DNA of 32,000 nucleotides, taken from contig NC_003272.1 of assembly GCF_000009705.1 (NCBI RefSeq), forward strand, positions 2,640,001 through 2,672,000, given 5' to 3'. Both the position numbers and the translations under genes were made by a program. Each line of letters opens with the position of its first letter. Positions within the stretch are counted from its first letter, which is position 1. The stretch comes from Nostoc sp. PCC 7120 = FACHB-418. Lineage in GTDB: Bacteria > Cyanobacteriota > Cyanobacteriia > Cyanobacteriales > Nostocaceae. Below are positions 17,705 to 25,885 of this stretch, one piece after another. The notes under the pieces were generated by a model, which saw only the letters and a program-made list of their open reading frames with translations, was not told where the DNA came from and searched no databases.

Positions 17705-19039
17705 ATGCTACAACAACCAAATCCAGCTAGTATGCGTAATTTTCTTATTGTTTGGCTTGGTCAATTAGTGTCTACCATTGGTAGTAATATGACCGGGTTT
17801 GCGATTGAAATTTGGGCATGGGAAATTACGGGTAAAGCTACAACTCTGACGCTGGTAAGTTTTTTTAGTTTGCTACCAAGTATTATTATTACCCCGATTA
17901 GTGGTGTAATTGTAGACAGATTTAACCGCAAATTTTTAATGATGGTGGGTGATACAGTTGCAGTTCTCAGCACAATTGTAATTTTGTTGTTGCATCTCAC
18001 AAATAATCTACAAATCTGGCACTTTTATTTAACAGGCGCGATTGTCGGAACTTTCAATCAATTTCAATCTTTGGCGTATTCAGCATCAGTATCACTGATG
18101 ATTCCTAAGCAGCACTATACCCGTGCTAGTAGTTTAGAATTTTTATCTGGTTATGGTAGTAATATTATTGCACCTGCTTTGGCGGGTTATCTTTACACAG
18201 TTATCGGTTTTTTAGGAATTTGGTTGATTGATATTTCGACGTTTCTTATAGCAATTGGAAGCTTATTATTTGTGAGTATTCCTCAACCAATACCACCAAC
18301 CACAAAAAACGAAAATATAGCCAACATTTGGCAAGATTTGGGGTTGGGTTGGCGTTATATTACTACTCACAAAAGTTTGCTGGCACTGTTAATAGTTAAT
18401 GTATTATTTTGGCTACCCCATGACATTGGAGATTCCCTTTACTCGCCCATGATTTTATCGCGCACTAATAATAATACTTTAGTGCTAGGTAGCTTGGCTG
18501 CTGCGGCTGGTTTTGGTGGTGTCACAGGGGCGATAGTTGTTAGCACTTGGGGCGGTTTCAGACGAAAAATTAAAGGTGTTTTATGGGGGATGATGGGTGC
18601 TGGTATTAGTAAAATTGTGTTTGGTTTGGGGAGAACACCTTGGGTTTGGATTCCAGCACAATTTTGTTCTTCTTTCAATTTCCCTTTGAATGGCAGTGCG
18701 GATAGTGCTATTTGGTTAGCGAAAGTACCCCCCGATGTGCAAGGAAGAGTTTTTGCAGCGCGATCGCTACTTTTACAGATCGCTTCTGCTGTAGGCTATT
18801 TAATAGCAGGGCCTTTGGCAGATCAAGTTTTTACACCTGCTTTGCAATCAGGCGGTGTTCTAGTTGGCATTCTCGGCGGATTATTTGGGACTGGTACTGG
18901 TGCAGGAATCGCGCTGTTATATGTAATTTGTGCGCTGTGTATGTTACTGGTCGGTTGGTTAGGCTTTTCTATACCTGTGCTGCGGAATTTAGAAGAGATT
19001 CTCCCCGACTATGATACAGAGTATAGCCAGTTGAGATGA
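17705..19039 (+). CDS. MFS transporter (EntS/MFS_3-like, 12 TM)
   Basis: Polytopic, with the MFS loop motif GVIVDRFNRKFLM between TM2 and TM3. Direction of transport is not deducible. Confidence 0.8.
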   Translation: MLQQPNPASMRNFLIVWLGQLVSTIGSNMTGFAIEIWAWEITGKATTLTLVSFFSLLPSIIITPISGVIVDRFNRKFLMMVGDTVAVLSTIVILLLHLTNNLQIWHFYLTGAIVGTFNQFQSLAYSASVSLMIPKQHYTRASSLEFLSGYGSNIIAPALAGYLYTVIGFLGIWLIDISTFLIAIGSLLFVSIPQPIPPTTKNENIANIWQDLGLGWRYITTHKSLLALLIVNVLFWLPHDIGDSLYSPMILSRTNNNTLVLGSLAAAAGFGGVTGAIVVSTWGGFRRKIKGVLWGMMGAGISKIVFGLGRTPWVWIPAQFCSSFNFPLNGSADSAIWLAKVPPDVQGRVFAARSLLLQIASAVGYLIAGPLADQVFTPALQSGGVLVGILGGLFGTGTGAGIALLYVICALCMLLVGWLGFSIPVLRNLEEILPDYDTEYSQLR

Positions 19040-19049
19040 TAAATTTGAT

Positions 19050-19384
19050 TCACGTCACCTGCAATAGATACTTACATAAATCATCGATTATGGCATTAGC
19101 GGATAGAACGCTAGCAAAAATCCATTTATATTTCCAGGTGCAAGATCTGAGGATCACCTCCTTCTTGTAAATAAAATCTGGTTTACAGTTAGCCTCTGGA
19201 GTCAATTCCTGTATAGCATCTGGTAGTTTATATTTAGTCTGGTAAATCTCCTGTAACACCACTCGCTCAAAATCAGAATTAGGGTCTGTTTGCTTCAGTA
19301 ATTTTTGATATTGTTCATCACGGGAAAGACCTTGAACTTGGGTAAAAACCTTACTTTCAAGGAGTACATCAAGCCAAGGTTTAA
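19050..19384 (-). pseudogene. Chimeric gene remnant: nuclease-tail-like fragment fused to an inverted FhuD-like C-terminal fragment
   Basis: The last ~28 codons (WIFASVLSANAIIDDLCKYL) copy the C-terminus of the binding-protein paralogues but on the opposite strand. The upstream part (FERVVLQEIYQTKYKLPDAIQELTPEANCKPDFIYK) resembles the endonuclease-like tails of defence helicases. There is no credible start; the ORF overlaps the phnM stop. Confidence 0.5.
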
Positions 19385-20521
19385 TTAAGAAACGCGATCG
19401 CCTCGGCAAATAGTTGTTTTCAATCGGGGAACGATACCATCATCATGAACGGTGATGAAATCGGCTCTTTTGCCTACCTCTAGACTACCGCGATCGCCAA
19501 ATAAATTAATGGCTTTGGCTGGGTTGCTGGTAAATAATTGCATTGCTTGGTAAATAGGCTTGTCTGTCTTATGGGCAATAATAAAAATCGATTGCAATAA
19601 GCTTTGAGGCACGTAATCAGAAGAAATCACATCCACTAAATTGTGTAAGACAAGTTCCATTGCGGAAACATTCCCAGAGTGAGAACCACCAAGCACTAAA
19701 TTCGGCGCACCCATCAAAACTTGTAGTCCTAAGCTGTGCGCTGCTTTGGCGGCTTCTAAGGTCGTGGGGAACTCAGCTAACACTACGCCATCTTCCACCG
19801 CTTCTTGGACGTGTTCGACTGTAGCATCATCATGACTCGCTAAGGAAATACCTTGAGTTTTTGCCAGTTCTACTAAAGCTATACGGTTTTTTTCTGCATA
19901 TATTGCTTGTTTTTGCTGACGAATCAAAATAAACTCGTCCATTTGGTCAGGAGTCACACCATGTTTACCCATGTAATATTCTTTAAATTTATCTAAGTGA
20001 ATAAACTGGCGTTGTCCAGGGGTATGATCCATCAGTGAAATCATGGATAACAGAGGATGATTTGTATACTCTGCTGTAATCTCATACACCTCCTCATAAG
20101 CCAGTTCACAGCGTAGATGAATCCGATGTTCCACACAAAAGCGTCCGGCGGCTTGTCCTTGGGAGATAACATCAATCATCGGTGCATAGTTAGTTAAGCG
20201 AGGAGAACCAACCGCTACATCACCGATAGCGATCGCATCACATACTGTTGTTACTCCCGCACTGGCTAAATCTCGGTCATGATAAACGGCTGCGGCTTCT
20301 AAAGGCCAGCGAATACCAGGACGCGGAGACATACAGCGTTCAAGATTATCGGTGTGTAATTCAATCAATCCTGGTAAAAGATAATCTCCTTCACCATTTT
20401 GACCATGAGTAAGAATTCCTGGCTGAATATCAGCAATTAATCCATCTCGGACTACCAAAGTACCCAGCAGTTCTTGATCTGGTAGTTGTAGACGGTAGTT
20501 AGTGTATATTTGCTCATTCAT
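19385..20521 (-). CDS. phnM: PhnM, alpha-D-ribose 1-methylphosphonate 5-triphosphate diphosphatase
   Basis: LPGLIELHTDNLE, RIHLRCEL, SLMDHTPGQRQF, LASHDDAT, AEFPTT, LMGAPNLVLGGSHSGNVSA and SSDYVP are colinear with E. coli PhnM. Start set to ATG 20521 (MNEQIY). The 33 upstream codons from GTG 20620 are translated heptamer repeats. Confidence 0.9.
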   Translation of the reverse strand: MNEQIYTNYRLQLPDQELLGTLVVRDGLIADIQPGILTHGQNGEGDYLLPGLIELHTDNLERCMSPRPGIRWPLEAAAVYHDRDLASAGVTTVCDAIAIGDVAVGSPRLTNYAPMIDVISQGQAAGRFCVEHRIHLRCELAYEEVYEITAEYTNHPLLSMISLMDHTPGQRQFIHLDKFKEYYMGKHGVTPDQMDEFILIRQQKQAIYAEKNRIALVELAKTQGISLASHDDATVEHVQEAVEDGVVLAEFPTTLEAAKAAHSLGLQVLMGAPNLVLGGSHSGNVSAMELVLHNLVDVISSDYVPQSLLQSIFIIAHKTDKPIYQAMQLFTSNPAKAINLFGDRGSLEVGKRADFITVHDDGIVPRLKTTICRGDRVS

Positions 20522-20525
20522 AAAT

Positions 20526-20620
20526 ACTGGGGACTGGGGATTGATGACTGTTGACTGATGACTGTTGACTGATGACTGATGGCTGTTGACTGATGACTGG
20601 TGACTGATGACTGGTGACAC
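20526..20620. repeat. STRR heptamer array A (ACTGGGG/ACTGATG/ACTGTTG, 13 units)
   Basis: Read directly. ACTGGGG is the complement of STRR1 CCCCAGT. The array is stop-free on the phn sense strand and abuts the phnM start. Confidence 0.95.
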
Positions 20621-20641
20621 TTTGTTGGATCATTTGAAGAA

Positions 20642-20697
20642 CAATCAACAGTTAACCGTCAACCGTCAACCGTCAACAGTTAACAGTTAACCATCAA
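20642..20697. repeat. STRR heptamer array B (CAACCGT/CAACAGT-type, 8 units), inverted relative to array A
   Basis: CAATCAA CAGTTAA CCGTCAA x3 CAGTTAA x2 CCATCAA. It contains the phnL stop codon. Confidence 0.95.
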
Positions 20698-21419
20698 CTC
20701 TTAAAAATTAATTCCCGGTTACAAAGTTGCGCTTTTACTTCTTCGTCGTGAAAAATGCCAATTAACGCACAACCTTGAGCTTTTTTCTCTTGTAGCAGTT
20801 CGATTACTACTTGGCGATTGGTTGTGTCTAGGGCTGAAGTTGGTTCATCTAGCAGCAAAATTGGATAGTCAACGGCTAAAGCACGAGTAATATTTACCCG
20901 TTGCTTTTCGCCTCCAGAAAAAGTCGTGGGGGAAAGATGCCATAGTCGTTCTGAGAGGTTAAGGCGACGAAATAAGTCTTTAACTTTGTTATATGCAACA
21001 TCTATATTTATTCCTAATTCCAACAATGGTTCTGCGGCAACTTCTAAGGCTGGTACTCTAGGAATTACTCTTAAAAATTGGCTGACATATCCAATAGTTT
21101 TCTGTCGTACTGCTAAAATTTCGTGGGGTGCAAGTTGACACAAATCAAGCCAAGATTCCTCATGCCTAACCCACACAGAACCACTATCAACGCGATAATT
21201 AGCGTATAAGCAGCGCATAAATGTAGATTTACCACTACCGGAAGCGCCAGAAAGAGCGACACATTCCCCAGCATTAACGCTCAAAGATACATCTTCTAGT
21301 ACTGATAAATTCATACCTCCTTGCTGATGCAAAATAAAACTTTTTCGCAAATTCTCGACTTGTAAAAGTGCTTGGCGAGGAAAGCTTACTGAATGATGAT
21401 TAAGAGTTAATGATTGCAT
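20694..21419 (-). CDS. phnL: PhnL, C-P lyase system ATP-binding subunit
   Basis: FILHQQGG, GASGSGKST, VSQFLRVIPRV, LWHLSPTTFSGGEKQRVNI and ILLLDEPT are colinear with E. coli PhnL. Confidence 0.9.
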   Translation of the reverse strand: MQSLTLNHHSVSFPRQALLQVENLRKSFILHQQGGMNLSVLEDVSLSVNAGECVALSGASGSGKSTFMRCLYANYRVDSGSVWVRHEESWLDLCQLAPHEILAVRQKTIGYVSQFLRVIPRVPALEVAAEPLLELGINIDVAYNKVKDLFRRLNLSERLWHLSPTTFSGGEKQRVNITRALAVDYPILLLDEPTSALDTTNRQVVIELLQEKKAQGCALIGIFHDEEVKAQLCNRELIFKS

Positions 21420-21477
21420 GGTTAAGAAGTATCAATAGCAATAGGACACAGATGACGAAGAATCAGTTCATGGGGGT

Positions 21478-21541
21478 GTTAACGGTTGACGGTTAACGGT
21501 TAACAGTCATCAGTCAACAGTCATCAGTCAACAGTCAACTA
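21478..21541. repeat. STRR array C: two abutting sub-arrays in opposite orientation
   Basis: GTTAACG GTTGACG GTTAACG GTTAAC, then AGTCATC AGTCAAC AGTCATC AGTCAAC AGTCAAC. Confidence 0.9.
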
Positions 21542-21542
21542 A

Positions 21543-22316
21543 TTAGGGCGTTAGTGCAGCACTGACTAATAGTTGAGTGTATGGATGTTGTGGATCATCA
21601 AGTACTTGGTCAGTTAAACCTGATTCCACTACTTGTCCTTGCTGCATGACTAGTAATCTGTGCGCCAGTAGCCTGACTACGCCGATATCGTGGGTGACTA
21701 TAATCACACTCAGGTGAAAATTGCGGACAAGCGATCGCAACAAATCCAATAACCGCGCTTGCACTGACACATCTAAACCTCCCGTCGGTTCGTCCATCAA
21801 AATCAATCGAGGACGCGTTACCAACACACGTGCAAGTTGTAATCTTTGCTGCATTCCTCCCGAAAATTGGGCTGGCAAATCATCTATCCGTGTCGGGTCA
21901 ATTTCAACTTCTCGTAACCAGTGGGCAGCCTCATCCCGAATATTGCCATAGTGGCGCACCCCAATATCTAGCAAGCGTTCCCCTATATTCGCCCCCGCAC
22001 TCACCCGCATTCGCAAACCATCACGGGGATTTTGCTGGACAAAACCCCACTCCGTTCGCATCAATAAACGCCGTTTAGCTTCCGCAAGTTGAAATATTTC
22101 TAAGTCTTCACCGCTACGGCTAATATAAGTAACATTACCGTGATCAACTGCAATGTGATCGGCTATTGCACCCAGCAAAGTAGACTTACCAGAACCAGAT
22201 TCGCCGACAATACCGAGAACTTGCCCAGGATAGAGGTCAAAAGAAATGCGATCGCAAGCCTTAATCCCACCGTAAGATTTACTCAATTCGTGAACTTGTA
22301 AAAGAGGTTTAGTCAT
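21543..22316 (-). CDS. phnK: PhnK, C-P lyase system ATP-binding subunit
   Basis: GIVGESGSGKSTLL, RTEWGFVQQNPRDGLR, FSGGMQQRLQLAR, GGLDVSVQARLLDLL and HPYTQLLVS are colinear with E. coli PhnK. Confidence 0.92.
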   Translation of the reverse strand: MTKPLLQVHELSKSYGGIKACDRISFDLYPGQVLGIVGESGSGKSTLLGAIADHIAVDHGNVTYISRSGEDLEIFQLAEAKRRLLMRTEWGFVQQNPRDGLRMRVSAGANIGERLLDIGVRHYGNIRDEAAHWLREVEIDPTRIDDLPAQFSGGMQQRLQLARVLVTRPRLILMDEPTGGLDVSVQARLLDLLRSLVRNFHLSVIIVTHDIGVVRLLAHRLLVMQQGQVVESGLTDQVLDDPQHPYTQLLVSAALTP

Positions 22317-22547
22317 TAGTCATTAGTCATTAGTCATTGGTCATTAGTCATTAGTCATTGGTCATTAGTCATTGGTCATTGGTCATTAGTCATTGGTCAT
22401 TGGTCATTGGTCATTGGTCATTAGTCATTGGTCATTGGTCATTGGTCATTAGTCAACCGTCACCAGTCATCAGTCATCAGTCATCAGTCAACCGTCAACC
22501 GTCACCAGTCATCAGTCATCAGTCATCAGTCAACCGTCATCAGTCAC
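22309..22547. repeat. STRR array D (TTAGTCA/TTGGTCA then CAGTCAT/CCGTCAA), about 34 units filling the whole phnJ-phnK spacer
   Basis: TTGGTCA is STRR2. The array overlaps the phnK ATG (22314-22316) and the last codons and stop of phnJ (22530-22547). Confidence 0.97.
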
Positions 22548-23396
22548 CCCTTCTCTCCTCCCAGTACAAAAATCCGTATCTGAACAAATCCACATTCGCC
22601 CGCCTTGGTCATCAATCACCACTTCATCCAAATAGCTTTCTGTAGAACCGCATAACTCACAGGCTTTATCCCATTTTTCTACAGTGAAGGGATGGTCTTC
22701 AAAATCCAGGCTTTTGACTTTGGTGTATGGTGGAATTGCATATATGCGTTTTTCTCTGCCTGCACCAAATAATTGCAATGCTGGACTCATATTCATTTTG
22801 GGATTATCAAAGCGAGGGATGGGGCTGGGACTCATCAAATAACGGTGATGCACCATGACCGGGTAGTCGTAGGATGTGGCAATGTGTCCATGTGTGGTGA
22901 TGTCTTCGTAAAGTTTTACGTACATAGCCCCGTATTCTTCTAGAGCGTGCATTTTGCCTGTCTCCACAGATGAGGGTTCTAGCCAGCGCAAGGGTTCAGG
23001 GATTGGTACTTGGTAAACTAAAATCTGCCCGTCGTTGAGTGGTGTTTCGGGTATGCGGTGGCGAGTCTGAAGTAAAGTTGCTGCTTGTGTACTTTCTGTT
23101 GTTTTTACGCCACAGACTTTTTGGAAAAAGCGGCGAATATTAACGGCGTTTGTGGTGTCGTCTGCACCTTGGTCAATTACTTTCAAGACATCAGTTTGAC
23201 CAATTACAGCAGCCGTAACCTGGATTCCACCAGTACCCCAGCCGTAAGACATGGGCATTTCTCTGGAAGAAAAAGGAATTTGATGTCCTGGAATAGCTAC
23301 GGCTTTCAGCAAGGCGCGGCGAATGGAACGCTTTGTTTGTTCATCTAAGTAGGCGAAGTTAAAGCCTGTTTCTGGGGATGAGGGAGAAGTATTCAT
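22530..23396 (-). CDS. phnJ: PhnJ, alpha-D-ribose 1-methylphosphonate 5-phosphate C-P lyase
   Basis: FNFAYLDEQTKR, YGWGTGGIQ, KVIDQGADDTTNAVNIR, QTRHRIPETPL, LQLFGAGREKRIYA, Cys cluster CELCGS...WICSDTDFC. The last 6 codons (GVTDDG) are repeat-derived. Confidence 0.95.
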   Translation of the reverse strand: MNTSPSSPETGFNFAYLDEQTKRSIRRALLKAVAIPGHQIPFSSREMPMSYGWGTGGIQVTAAVIGQTDVLKVIDQGADDTTNAVNIRRFFQKVCGVKTTESTQAATLLQTRHRIPETPLNDGQILVYQVPIPEPLRWLEPSSVETGKMHALEEYGAMYVKLYEDITTHGHIATSYDYPVMVHHRYLMSPSPIPRFDNPKMNMSPALQLFGAGREKRIYAIPPYTKVKSLDFEDHPFTVEKWDKACELCGSTESYLDEVVIDDQGGRMWICSDTDFCTGRREGVTDDG

Positions 23397-23480
23397 TTGA
23401 CTGATGACGGTTGACTGATGGCTGTTGACTGATGACTGATGACTGATGGCTGTTGACTGTTGACTGATGACTGTTGACAG
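23397..23480. repeat. STRR array E (TTGACTG/ATGACTG, 12 units)
   Basis: Starts at the nucleotide after the phnJ ATG. Stop-free on the phn sense strand. Confidence 0.95.
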
Positions 23481-23491
23481 CCTATGACAAG

Positions 23492-24052
23492 TTAGATGTG
23501 TGACAGCTTATTTAAGGAGGCGGTTATAAATTGGGTGAAGTGATTTAAATCGGGTGTGTGGAGATTTGTGATTTTGGCTTTGTCGTCAAAAATCCTTAAC
23601 TGTACAGCATCTTCGGCGTATGGTTGTTGAATAAATTGCTCTGCTTGTTCTGGGGAAAATATGCCTCCTTGCAGTTCTAGGCTGCGTTTGGATGCGGCTG
23701 AGAGGTTTTCCCAATATTCGGGAATAACTGAGCAAAGATAGCGTTTGGCGACGACATGAAGCCTAATCGGTTCTGTGACTGCTGGACTGAACATCTGACT
23801 TAGTAAAGGTATGGCGCGATGTTCATGATGGTCATCTATGCCTTGGCTGGCTGGATTATCACCTAAGTCATGGATTAAATGCCCTAAATCATGAAGTAGA
23901 CAAGCGGTAATCAATTCATGGGTTTGGCCTGATGCTTCGGCGAGGCTAGCGCATTGTAAGGCGTGTTCTAGTTGACTAATAGCTTCCGCGCCGTATAATT
24001 GAGAACCTTTTTCGGTGAATAGGTTGATAATGTTTTCGATGGTGGGTTTCAT
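23492..24052 (-). CDS. HD-domain metal-dependent phosphohydrolase of the type associated with phosphonate-degradation operons
   Basis: HALQCASLAE...ACLLHDLGH (H...HD motif), ~186 aa, embedded between C-P lyase genes. Confidence 0.75.
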   Translation of the reverse strand: MKPTIENIINLFTEKGSQLYGAEAISQLEHALQCASLAEASGQTHELITACLLHDLGHLIHDLGDNPASQGIDDHHEHRAIPLLSQMFSPAVTEPIRLHVVAKRYLCSVIPEYWENLSAASKRSLELQGGIFSPEQAEQFIQQPYAEDAVQLRIFDDKAKITNLHTPDLNHFTQFITASLNKLSHI

Positions 24053-24057
24053 AAATG

Positions 24058-24106
24058 GCGGTTGACAGTTGACAGTTGACAGTTGACGGTTGACGGTTGA
24101 CTGGGG
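24058..24106. repeat. STRR array F1 (GTTGACA/GTTGACG, ~6 units)
   Basis: Read directly. CAACAGT (STRR3) complement orientation. Confidence 0.9.
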
Positions 24107-24113
24107 TATTTAT

Positions 24114-24146
24114 TTTTGAATTTTGAATTTTGAATTTTGAATTTTT
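24114..24146. repeat. Tandem heptamer TTTTGAA x4.5
   Basis: TTTTGAA units at 24114, 24121, 24128 and 24135, then TTTTT. This is a different unit from the classic STRR types. Confidence 0.9.
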
Positions 24147-24151
24147 AATTG

Positions 24152-25831
24152 TTACTGGGTTTGATATCTTGCAACTTCTTTTCCTGCTACATATACGGAT
24201 GCTATCGCCGTAATTGCAGAAGGTAAGGAATTATTAGGAGATATCAATAGGAAATCAGCGTCTAAACCTGGGGCGATTTTACCTTTGCGATCGCTTATTC
24301 CCGCCGCTTCTGCTGGTCGGCTGGAAACTAATGACCATGCTTGTTCAAAGGACATTAAGCCTAATTCTTGGAGCTTGAAGGGGGCGTAAAACAAGGAAGG
24401 GTAATGATAATCTGAGCAGAGACAATCGATGACGTTATGTTTCACAGCTTCAGCTACACTCATTAAGCCCAAGTGCGAGCCACCGCGCACTAAGTTAGGC
24501 GCACCCATGAGGACGGCTGCACCATATTCACGAGATTGAGCAGCTAAATCTACAGTTGCGGGAAATTCGGCGATCGCTACTCGGCGTTGTTGACTGAGTT
24601 TTACCTTCTCTGGGCTATCATCATCATGGGACGCGAGGGGGATATTATATGTATGAGCTAAATCCACCAGTTCTTGTATTTGTCCATCTCCTTCATGTCG
24701 CCTTGCTGTGACTTGGGTGATTAATTCTTCAATCTCTTCTATGGACATGGATGATCTTTGCTTCACACTGTTGAGATAACGGCTCAATCTCTTGTAATTT
24801 CCTGGTGGTGGTAGGTGATCGTTGATAGACAAAAGATGCACGTGACCGGATACCATCCAATCACATAACTCTTGATGTTCTGCTATATTTGCCTCTTCAT
24901 GTCTAATATGAATCCGATGATTGCTATTTAAAACTTGTTTACCTGTCCCTAAGATGAAGTCAATTAAAGCACGAGCAGAATCTCGGCTGCGTAATCCTGG
25001 TTCGTAAGAGTCGGTGATTGAGCAGTAAAAAGTGGTAATACCCGATGCTAAGAGGTTGCGGTCATTATCGGCGATCGCTATTGGTAGAGGAAAGTTAACC
25101 CCAGGGCGTGGACAAATCATCCTTTCAAAAGCATCGCCATGCAGGTCAATAATTCCTGGCAACATTTGGAGACCTTGAGCATTGATCAATTGATATCCAT
25201 CAGGAGTAATTGCTTGATCAATAGTGATAAATTTTCCATCTTCAATTAAAACTGTGGCATCATTAAGCCAACCATCAAGAGTTAATACATTTACTCCTTG
25301 AATAGCAATTTTTGTATTATTTTGATTGTTAACTGTTGATTGTTGACTTTTGACTGTTGATTGTTGACTTTTGACTTTTGATTGTTGACTTTTGACTTTT
25401 GATTGTTGATTGTTGACTGATTCACTAAAAAATTTCATCTCTTCATAGGGGGCTTTTTTAGTAGCGGCAATTCTAGAAGATAAATCACCCACATGGAGTT
25501 CTAGCTTGTGGTGATCGGGGTCAAGAATATATATAGAATCACCTTCACTTGTATTTTGTTTCCACTGTTTTACTCCTAAAACTTTGAGGCGATCGCTATA
25601 TTCTAAAAACTTCTCTTCAGGGATGCTAAAAGCAATATGAGTGTATTCGTCCATCTGATTTGTGCGTGTGTTGGCATCTAAAGATAGGCACAACCACAAG
25701 TCACCTGCTAATAGATAAGCACCTCTTTGCCATTGAGCGATCGCTTGACAACCTATAATTTCTGTATAAAATTTCAAAGATTTCTCCAAGTCGGAGACAG
25801 ATAAAGTAATGTGGTTGATTCCTGTAATTAT
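24152..25831 (-). CDS. Fusion protein: FosA-like VOC/glyoxalase (fosfomycin-resistance type) domain + repeat-encoded linker + PhnM-like amidohydrolase
   Basis: N-terminal domain: (I)ITGINHITLSVSDL..GAYLLAGDLWLCLSLD..YTHIAFSI..WKQNTSEGDSIYILDPDHHKLELHVGDLSSRIAATKKAPYEEMKF, colinear with FosA as I recall it. Linker NNQQSKVKSQQSKVKSQQSTVKSQQSTVNNQNN is encoded by array G. C-terminal domain: LPGIIDLHGDAFE, HIRHEE, LASHDDDS, AEFPAT, LMGAPNLVRGGSH, CSDYHYPS. The track starts at TTG 25789, but the conserved first strand lies upstream and the codon aligned to FosA Met1 is ATA (25829-25831). The 5' boundary is therefore uncertain. Confidence 0.75.
   Translation of the reverse strand: MITGINHITLSVSDLEKSLKFYTEIIGCQAIAQWQRGAYLLAGDLWLCLSLDANTRTNQMDEYTHIAFSIPEEKFLEYSDRLKVLGVKQWKQNTSEGDSIYILDPDHHKLELHVGDLSSRIAATKKAPYEEMKFFSESVNNQQSKVKSQQSKVKSQQSTVKSQQSTVNNQNNTKIAIQGVNVLTLDGWLNDATVLIEDGKFITIDQAITPDGYQLINAQGLQMLPGIIDLHGDAFERMICPRPGVNFPLPIAIADNDRNLLASGITTFYCSITDSYEPGLRSRDSARALIDFILGTGKQVLNSNHRIHIRHEEANIAEHQELCDWMVSGHVHLLSINDHLPPPGNYKRLSRYLNSVKQRSSMSIEEIEELITQVTARRHEGDGQIQELVDLAHTYNIPLASHDDDSPEKVKLSQQRRVAIAEFPATVDLAAQSREYGAAVLMGAPNLVRGGSHLGLMSVAEAVKHNVIDCLCSDYHYPSLFYAPFKLQELGLMSFEQAWSLVSSRPAEAAGISDRKGKIAPGLDADFLLISPNNSLPSAITAIASVYVAGKEVARYQTQ
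25322..25419. repeat. STRR array G (TTGATTG/TTGACTT/TTGACTG, 14 units) inside a coding region
   Basis: Read directly. Sense strand reads CAGTCAA/AAGTCAA/CAATCAA, which is open in all frames. Confidence 0.95.
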
Positions 25832-25840
25832 TCTGAAAGA

Positions 25841-25877
25841 GGGTTTAGGGGTATAAGGGTTTAGGGGTGTAGGGGTT
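25841..25877. repeat. G-rich tandem repeat GGGTTTAGGGGTRTA x2 + GGGGTTG
   Basis: Read directly. It contains GGGGTGTAGGGG (25864-25875), whose complement recurs at 26592-26603. Confidence 0.85.
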
Positions 25878-25885
25878 GAAAATAC

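Noticed and set aside
20522-20620. 33-codon N-terminal extension of phnM (from GTG 20620); similar extensions of phnI (27134-27202), the GNAT (27631-27696), trxB (3834-3854), thioredoxin (4775-4876) and the two receptors (8025, 12134)
   Set aside because: The extensions are repeat-encoded or overlap upstream genes. Internal ATGs align with homologue N-termini and/or have Shine-Dalgarno-like sequences. The phnM extension cannot be fully excluded.
22358-22645. 95-aa plus-strand ORF (MVISHWSLVISHWSL...)
   Set aside because: It is purely a translation of the stop-free strand of heptamer array D. It has 7-residue periodicity, no unique sequence, and overlaps the phnJ 3' end.
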